A stretch of DNA of 44,260 bases from Octopus sinensis (Eukaryota): positions 1 to 44,260 of the forward strand of contig NW_021835000.1 in the NCBI RefSeq assembly GCF_006345805.1, read 5' to 3'. The notes under the pieces are model-generated. The model had not been told where the DNA came from, did not search any database, and saw only the letters and a program-made list of their open reading frames with translations. A program made the position numbers and the translations under genes. Shown here in pieces: positions 36,271 through 44,260 of the stretch; the first letter of the stretch is position 1; every line of letters starts with the position of its first letter.

Positions 36271-36372
36271 ATATTATTATCATCATATTATTATTATTAT
36301 TATTATTATTATATTATTATTATTATTATTATTATATTATTATATTATTATTATCATCATATTATTATTTTA

Positions 36373-36423
<51 letters not shown>

Positions 36424-36560
36424 GTATTCAGTCATCATCATCATCATCATCATCATTATTGTTATCATTGTTGCTGATGCTCCAGTTGGTCTTTTACTTA
36501 TTAATGCTTCTTATAAAAATGACTCTTATTTTTATTATCATCATCATCATCATCCTCATC
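36271..36560. repeat. (ATT)n/(ATC)n compound microsatellite
   Basis: Directly visible. Confidence 0.93.
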
Positions 36561-36879
36561 AGTTATAATACGAATGTTGTTGCTGTTGCTTTCGTTGTTC
36601 CTGTTTTTGTTGTAGCCACGGCTTCGGCTGTCCTTGTTATTGTTGTTGCCGTTGTTGCAGCTGCGATTAGTTTTCCGAAATTGTAGATCGCCAGATTTAA
36701 TGCCTTAAACTATACATACTTCTTACACGATGAGATCTACTGAGAAAAAACTTTTGCTTTTCATTCCTCCATATAAGTGATTTATACATGTGTATTTGTG
36801 CGTGTGCGTGCGTTCGTGCGGGGTTAGTGTGTGCAAGTTTGTGAATATGTATATATGTGTGTGTGTTTGTACGTGTGTG

Positions 36880-37345
<466 letters not shown>

Positions 37346-37884
37346 ATATAATAATTATGTCCCTTCCAAAGAATTTCAATGTGTTGTGGATAAATTAAAA
37401 TTTTTCATGAGGTCGCTATTAACCTCATTCTTTATGGCATGGTTTAACTTACATCACAGTGTGTTACATTCTTTTTCCCATCATCTTTTGATCATGTGAC
37501 ACAGTGTTGTATTTAAACCTTACTTTAGAATTACAAAAATTAGTGGGAAAGCAGTCTAAGAATATGTTAATATAATAGGGACGTGATATAGTAGATTATC
37601 TTAATAGAAGATTGGTTACAATAGAGGAGCGTCGTCGTCATGGCACCATATTCAGGGATGGAATGCAAACTGATCCATCAAATTTGCCTGCGGTAAAGAC
37701 CTAATGACTAACTTCTTCCCAGAATGTTCAAATCTCAAGTCGATAACAGTTTAACTCGCTTTGACAACGTTGTGTGTCTGTCGGGGCAATCACAGCACTA
37801 ACATAGAAAACCTAAAGCTAGGCGTGTGTGTGTGTATGTATGTGTGTGTGTATGTATGTGTGTGTGTATGTATGTGTGTGTGTG

Positions 37885-37976
<92 letters not shown>

Positions 37977-37977
37977 T

Positions 37978-38131
37978 GTTTCTTTATTAGCCACACAGGG
38001 CTGCACACAGACAGGACAAATTACAAGGTAGAGCTTTTCTTTTGGGGGTAAAAAAAGGGGGTTTGGTCTTCGATCAAAAGGGATCGTAAAGGGAAAGAAA
38101 GAGGACAAAAAAGGGGGGAATAAAATTTAAA

Positions 38132-38134
<3 letters not shown>
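37978..38134 (-). mobile_element. Unclassified retroelement-like 3' end embedded in (GATA)n, copy 1
   Basis: Minus strand ends GCAGCCCTGTGTGGCTAATAAAGAAAC then (TATC)n. GATA arrays lie on both sides (about 37884-37977 and 38134-38225). Confidence 0.65.
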
Positions 38135-38225
<91 letters not shown>

Positions 38226-38404
38226 CTGTAAGTATTTGTTTTTAAGTAATGTTATATATTGTAATATTTAAACATTAAATTGAATGATGCCCCAACACCT
38301 TTTAGTAGTGAAATAAATTGTTTGCTTTTCCTTTCTATTCTAACACATACCGATTCAAGGGGAAGCCCCTTCCTGCCGCTTTGTTTAAGGCAGTCACAAA
38401 AGCA

Positions 38405-38898
38405 CAACTTCAACTATTTACATGCATAATCTATCCAGATAACAAGTTCAGGTTTATACCTGTAATTATTGTGGCCCTGAGATATGTAACACACTGCCCC
38501 CCTAAATATTAATCTTGAGAAATTAGGCTTCTCAAAATCAAAAAGGAGAGAGCTAATTCGAAGACTACAGATCCAATCTATCACTGGAACGGTAAAAATA
38601 TGTAAAACTTTCCAGACGTTTATCAAATATATATGAGCTTGTCTAGATAGGCAACTATATGCATGAGAATACATACATAAAACATGCAAATCTGCACATG
38701 CATACATACATACATACATACATACATACATACATACATACATACATACATACATACATACATACATACATACATACGTAAATATATACATAAATATATA
38801 CATACAAAAATATCGTTATTGATGTTGAAATTTTAATGAAGGAGCCTTGGATCTAGGTTTCTCTATTGGCATGAAATCTTGAAATAAACTGAATAATT
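38405..38898 (+). mobile_element. R4/Dong-type LINE 3' end (TACA lineage 2) with its full 3' UTR
   Basis: IYPDNKFRFIPVIIVAL..LEKLGFS..LIRRLQIQSITGTVKICKTF, homologous to the 2219-3216 C-terminus. Then UTR X, (TACA)n, UTR Y, and (TACA)n to about 39008. Confidence 0.88.
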
Positions 38899-39206
38899 AC
38901 ATACATACATACATAACATACAAACATACATACATACATACATACATACATACATACATACATACATACATACATACATACATACATACATACATACATA
39001 CATACATACGTGCATTGAGACAAGCATACTATTATAATACTGAAGTGCGTTGATATCTATATCTTATGTATGCACATCGATATTTCAGTTAGTAATAATT
39101 GCCAGAACAAAATTGAATCTCATGATGCCGGAGCCATTTTATTGAAGCTGGGCAAGAATTCCTTAATCCAACGCTCTGTTTTGCGCCATGTCAGCTCAGC
39201 AACTTG

Positions 39207-39553
39207 TCATCATCAGCCGGTCGTGCTTATTGCACCGATCGCCGTGACTCGTTCTCTCCAGTCTGTTCGGCCCACCATTGCATGTGGCAGGTTTTCTCAG
39301 GTGCACTAGGATTCCTTGCACAGTTGCTTTATGAAGGTTCGATATGGTCTACCAGTATTTGCATACCCATACTTCGGTACCCGTCGCTGATGATCTCATC
39401 TTTGGCTCTCCATCAAAGTCCTATGAATAATGTTCTTCTTTCTCTGATGACTTATAAAAGAATAATTCGAGTTGCTCTGGACAACTACTGGAGCCAACAC
39501 CCTAGGAAAAAACTTCTCGTGGCACTTTACCACCAATATCACATGCCTTCAAT
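39207..39553 (-). mobile_element. RTE-like LINE 3' end with an inverted upstream segment
   Basis: Minus 39412-39207: WRAKDEIISD..GRPYRTFIKQL..DWRERV with a (TGA)3 tail. Plus 39440-39553: TYKRIIRVALDNYWSQHP..GTLPPIS. Confidence 0.75.
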
Positions 39554-39562
39554 TGTAACGTT

Positions 39563-39686
39563 GAAGGTGTTTATAAGCCATTTAAAAAAAACTCACACAA
39601 AAACCGTTAGATTCACTTCAACATTTAAATTTAATTTGTCTAAATATTTTCGTCGCTTTGAGACCGCGACCTGTTCACTGACAAAA
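39563..39686 (+). repeat. Second copy of the 32169-32288 dispersed repeat
   Basis: Near-identity with 32169-32288. Confidence 0.85.
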
Positions 39687-40496
39687 TTCTGTGCTGTTGA
39701 AAATCAAACTAGGATGGCCACAGCAGGAACGCCTTTCATCATAGGTTTGCTCGGTCAGGGTTGACCAGAGACAAACATCTACTCGAACATGCCAACGAAG
39801 TAAATTATGCGTGGTCACTCGACCTGCAAAAATAGCAGCGAAGTATATTTGTCACATGCATTCTAATTTATATAATAAAGGCCTAAAAACGTAATGAGAT
39901 GGCTACGACGTCTTTCATCATAAATCTCCTTTTTATGATGTGACCCAAAAGAAAACAAAAACTTCTACTCACAAACGAGTGATTTTCTACGTGGTCGCTT
40001 AGTCTGCGAGAAATAGTCGTCAAAGCACTTCCAAATCATACACTCCCATCTTAATAGATAGGAGGACATAATGGGTTATATACGTCTAGCAAACAGGAAC
40101 TTAGTTGCAGTAGTCACAACCAGAGCCGTAGCAAGTGCTCCGTGCGCCTGAGGGCAAAAGCATTATTAGTACCACCACCTTAATTAACAAGTAAGATAAA
40201 TGAGAGAAAATTTGCGCCTCCTTGCACTTGCATCCAAAAGCAACTGACCTTCATTCTCTCGAAGACCTTCTCTTGATGAGCCCCTGACTCGAAACCGAAA
40301 CGCTTTTCGTCCTAGATCTACTAAGGCAGAATAAAGACAAGTAAGAAGACTTCTCAGATTATAGATACAGCGATGTATAACATCTACAATGCATGCACAT
40401 TGGTTGAACAGCGCCAAAAGTATGTATGTAGGTCTAGGGATATAGCTTTGAAATGCTAAAGGTATCGTGTATGAAAACGCTAAAAATGCATCAATC

Positions 40497-40580
<84 letters not shown>

Positions 40581-40582
<2 letters not shown>

Positions 40583-40895
40583 GTTTCTTTATTGGCCACA
40601 CAGGGCTGCACACAGATGGGACAAGTTACAAGGTAGAGCTTTTCTTTTGGGGGATGAAGAGAACAAAAAACAAAAGAAAAAAAGGGGGTGGCGTAGGTTT
40701 TCGATCAAGAGGGATCGTAAAAAGGAAGAAAAGAACAAAAACAAAAAAAAATTGAATAAAATAAAAAGTATAAAAAGAAAAAAAAAGAAAAGGAAAAGGA
40801 ACAAAAGGAAAGAGAAATGAAAAAGGAAGAAAAAAGGGGAAAAAAGGGAAGAGGAAAAAAAAGAACGATCAATAGGGATCGTGTATCACAGTGTT
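40581..40895 (-). mobile_element. Unclassified retroelement-like 3' end embedded in (GATA)n, copy 2
   Basis: 63-bp terminal block matches 37978-38040 with 4 mismatches. GATA arrays lie on both sides (about 40497-40580 and 40896-40935). Confidence 0.65.
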
Positions 40896-41089
40896 AGATA
40901 GATAGATATATAGATAGATAGATAGATAGATAGATAATGTATATTGTTTATATAGATGGATTAATATACAGACAGACAGACAGGCAGGCAGGCAGACAGA
41001 CAGACAGACAGACAGACAAACAAGCAGACAGACAGACAGACAGATATATATATATATATAATATATATATATATATAATATATATATAT

Positions 41090-41163
<74 letters not shown>

Positions 41164-42034
41164 GGATAGATAGATAGATTACCAATAAAGAAATAGACAA
41201 CTGTTTTTACGAGGCACCAATCCCAATGAAGTTGGCATGTAAAGCTCCAGGTGATAGCAAGCAAGATTTGGCAAGAAACATCTGCTATTACTACTTGTGT
41301 TCCTGCCTCGACTACTGTCACCACTCCTGTTGGAAGAAATTGAACTTCCACGACAAATTGGCGCCGATTATGAAACATTGAAACCGATGAATAATACATA
41401 GAGAATAAAAAAATATAATGACTTCTATGGAGGAGTCAATGAGAGTTCAAATATTTTATGTAATAAGAAATCTCGATTTGGACAGTTTGGCTTCAGGGAT
41501 GGAACTATGTTTCCAATGAGTCGTGGAGTATAGGCAGGACGAGAAGGATTAATGGAGGTTTTTCGGGGATTGAAGTTTGGTGGGTGATGGAATTAAAGTG
41601 GGTAATTGCTCTGTGTGAAAAGGAAGAGAACTCTAAACGGTAAAAGAAAGTTTTCTTCTTTTAAAGTCAACTTTTCATACTACTATACGCTTATATATAG
41701 ACTACACACCCACATGCACACATACATACATACATACATACATACATACATACATACATACATACATACATACATACAAATACACATACATACACACATG
41801 CACACACACACGCACACACACATACAATATAAAAAGGTTGACAGCAACTTCGAAGTTTCACTTTTCGATATCCTATTTAATTGCATTGAGTGATTTTTCA
41901 AAAAAATATATACATACAAATACACATACATACACACATGCGCACACACACACACATACAAATACACATACATACACACATGCACACGCTTAAATGCATT
42001 GAGTGATTTTTCAAAAACTATATATATGTACACT

Positions 42035-42075
<41 letters not shown>

Positions 42076-42350
42076 AGACACAGACACACTCATATACATC
42101 GTTGCTATTACGCAAAAGTGTCGTATGTCCAAAACGTTACTTTTTTTAGAAAACGAAAAAATAGCTTCACCATTCCATAGCAAAACAGTTGTACTACACT
42201 TTGACTACCTTTGATATCCTGTCATCTGAAGCAGTTGGAGATACGATAGTTTGATCAAAAGAGCCGGCTGTTGCAAGCAAAATTAAATATTGAAAACAAC
42301 GTATTTGGCCAAATTTGGACATACGACAGTTTAGCATAATAGAGACGATT

Positions 42351-42397
<47 letters not shown>

Positions 42398-42454
42398 CAT
42401 AAGAGAACAAGATGTACGTTACGCCGCAATAATATATGTATAAAAATATATATA

Positions 42455-42670
42455 TAAATATACAAAATGGGACAAGAACGCAAAACACTCAAAGAGACGA
42501 CACAAAAAACGGACGGGTCATTCGAAGCCTCTAATCTTCAGTCAAGAACCGGATCATCCTCGCAATTTCGGCTGATTAATCTTGAGATCGCTCCGATCCG
42601 GCCAGCCCCAAGGAAAAACTAAGCTACGAGCTTTAGATTTCTTGGAAAAAGGATCGAATGTATACGAAAC
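42455..42670 (-). repeat. Inverted copy of the 30280-30510 dispersed repeat, next to (TA)n
   Basis: GGGACAAGAACGCAAAA..GACGGGTCATTCGAAGCCTCTAATCTTCAGTC..CCGGCCAGCCCCAAGGAAAAAC. Confidence 0.8.
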
Positions 42671-43009
42671 AAGGACAGTAAAACGGACGATGCCACACGA
42701 ATATAAATACAAAAAACAATAATAGTAATATTATCCTGAACGTCAGAGAAAAGAGAGTTTTTTTTTATCACTTCCTTAGTGGGGAGATAATTACTCATGA
42801 CCCTTTACAGGGCTTTCAAAACTGATGGCTTGACAGGAAGAAGTTATCCCCAGACCGGAAGCTTGGTGTGAACGCTTGCAAGAGAGAGGACCTATAAACA
42901 CCACGGGGCGATGGAGTAGTCTACAATTTATGCTGACTACGATGAAACTTGAAATGAGAACGCAAAGGCTGTAACAAATACTACAAGGCATCTCGTCCGA
43001 TGCTATATA

Positions 43010-43140
43010 ATTTAATCAGCCCGCTGCCTTAAACTGGTACTTTATTTATCGAACCTAGAAAGATGAAAGCGTAAAGGTGATCTCGTAGATATTTGAACTC
43101 AATACACAAGAATCAGCAGAAGCTCTAACGACATTACCAA
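43010..43140 (-). mobile_element. Old SINE C-related fragment
   Basis: CTGGTACTTTATTTATCGA..GATGAAAG..ATTTGAACTC resembles antisense SINE C. Confidence 0.5.
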
Positions 43141-43439
43141 TTCGCTACTCACTAGATGCAAGGTGTGGGGATAAGAAATGCTGTAAACTGTTTAAGAATT
43201 CCTGGAACTATGATAGGATTATTGCTAGGTGCAAGGACAAGAAATGCTACAAACTAATGGAGATAATCTTCCATTTCTTGAATGAACAATTAAAGATCTT
43301 AGAAAAATGGATGTTTGTTCATGTTTAGTTCAAAGTTAATATCAAAAAGAATTATGACCAAAAACATTCTAGATGTGACCATCCTAGATGTGACCACTCA
43401 GAATTAGACTGTCCAATGTGCTCCTGCTTTTATAAAAGG

Positions 43440-43512
43440 TAGATTGCTTTGAGGAATATTTAGTTACTATATCGAGCAGGTGGAAAGGCCGCGTAGAGGC
43501 TCTCTCGCCGAC
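43440..43512 (-). repeat. Ancient dispersed repeat core (CTACGTGG..GCTAGAAATAGCAGCCAAAT family)
   Basis: Reverse complement GCCTCTACGCGG..CCTGCTCGATATAGTAACTAAAT. Related pieces at about 7659-7700, 11095-11115, 30665-30690, 39808-39845 and 39986-40025. Confidence 0.5.
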
Positions 43513-44141
43513 TCGGTTGAAGTATGAAATAGCTTCCATGAAGGTGTACCAATTCTTCTTCCAGGCAAATTCACCAAATATTATTGCCTGTCATCAAAAC
43601 TTGAATTCAGAGCGTAAACGAAGTTAATAATTTTCTCAAAGCCTCGTGTCTTTGACATTATGTTTTTCATTGTTTTGTTATTGTTTTCTTAATCACGAGA
43701 GTTTATCCGAAATGATGTGCCTGATGGGAATTGGCTGACAGATAGGAATGGTGAAATAGTCCAGATAATTCAAGTGGAATAAGTATCCCGAGACATGGTA
43801 CTCTTGTTACAAAACTTTGACAAAAAATGATTAAATGTCTGAGACGAGTTATTATTAATACGATTATAATTTTTTCGGTTTATTAAACCCATTTTTGAAA
43901 AGGAAACATATTGTAATATTTACATCTACATTACTTTTCGATTGTTTTTATCTGCGATCGTCATCAGATTTCTTACACCGGGATGCATAAGCGAACTCTA
44001 AAGCTTTATATTTAAATAAATTTAAAAAGCAAAAATGAAGCTGTAAAAGTACATGCGTCAGTAGTCTAATCAATAACAGCGTTATTGTTCGCGATTCTGA
44101 AATAAAAAGCTCTGAATTCAAGTTTGCCTCTAGAACTTGTA

Positions 44142-44260
44142 GTAGAGGCGCAATGGCCCAGTGGTTAGGGCATCGGACTCGCGGTCGGAGGATAGCGGTT
44201 TCGATTCCCAGACCGGGCGTTGTGTGTGTTTATTGAGCAAAATCACCTAAAAGCTAACGA
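44142..44260 (+). mobile_element. SINE family B, 5' part cut by the window end
   Basis: GTAGAGGCGCAATGGCCCAGTGGTTAGGG..GGTTTCGATTCCCAGACCGGG. Confidence 0.9.

Noticed and set aside
39204-39764. 186-aa ORF
   Set aside because: Chimera of antisense LINE, the inverted LINE segment and the adjacent dispersed repeat.

Overview
AT-rich, repeat-saturated eukaryotic DNA with no supportable host gene, RNA gene or CRISPR array, so probably intergenic or intronic. The SINE set and microsatellite load look like an octopus (coleoid cephalopod) genome; this is recognition, not a database result. Most of the ORF track translates microsatellites or the antisense strand of transposons. Supportable content: (i) four tRNA-headed SINE families, labelled A-D here, in about 30 copies or fragments; (ii) at least nine fragments of R4/Dong-type restriction-like-endonuclease (RLE) LINEs from several lineages; (iii) two RTE-type LINE fragments; (iv) two decayed Tc1/mariner (maT-like) elements, a Tigger/pogo remnant, two hAT-like MITEs and a TA-flanked MITE candidate; (v) a 146-bp solo LTR with a perfect 5-bp TSD; (vi) a 4-unit ~116-bp minisatellite; (vii) many microsatellites. 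The strongest signal is that each retroelement lineage has its 3' end fused to its own microsatellite class: (TACA)n, (TAA)n or (TATC)n. A second signal is that SINE C repeatedly inserts at AATATT-starting sites and stacks into head-to-tail arrays. Repeat boundaries were read by eye and may be off by a few bases.
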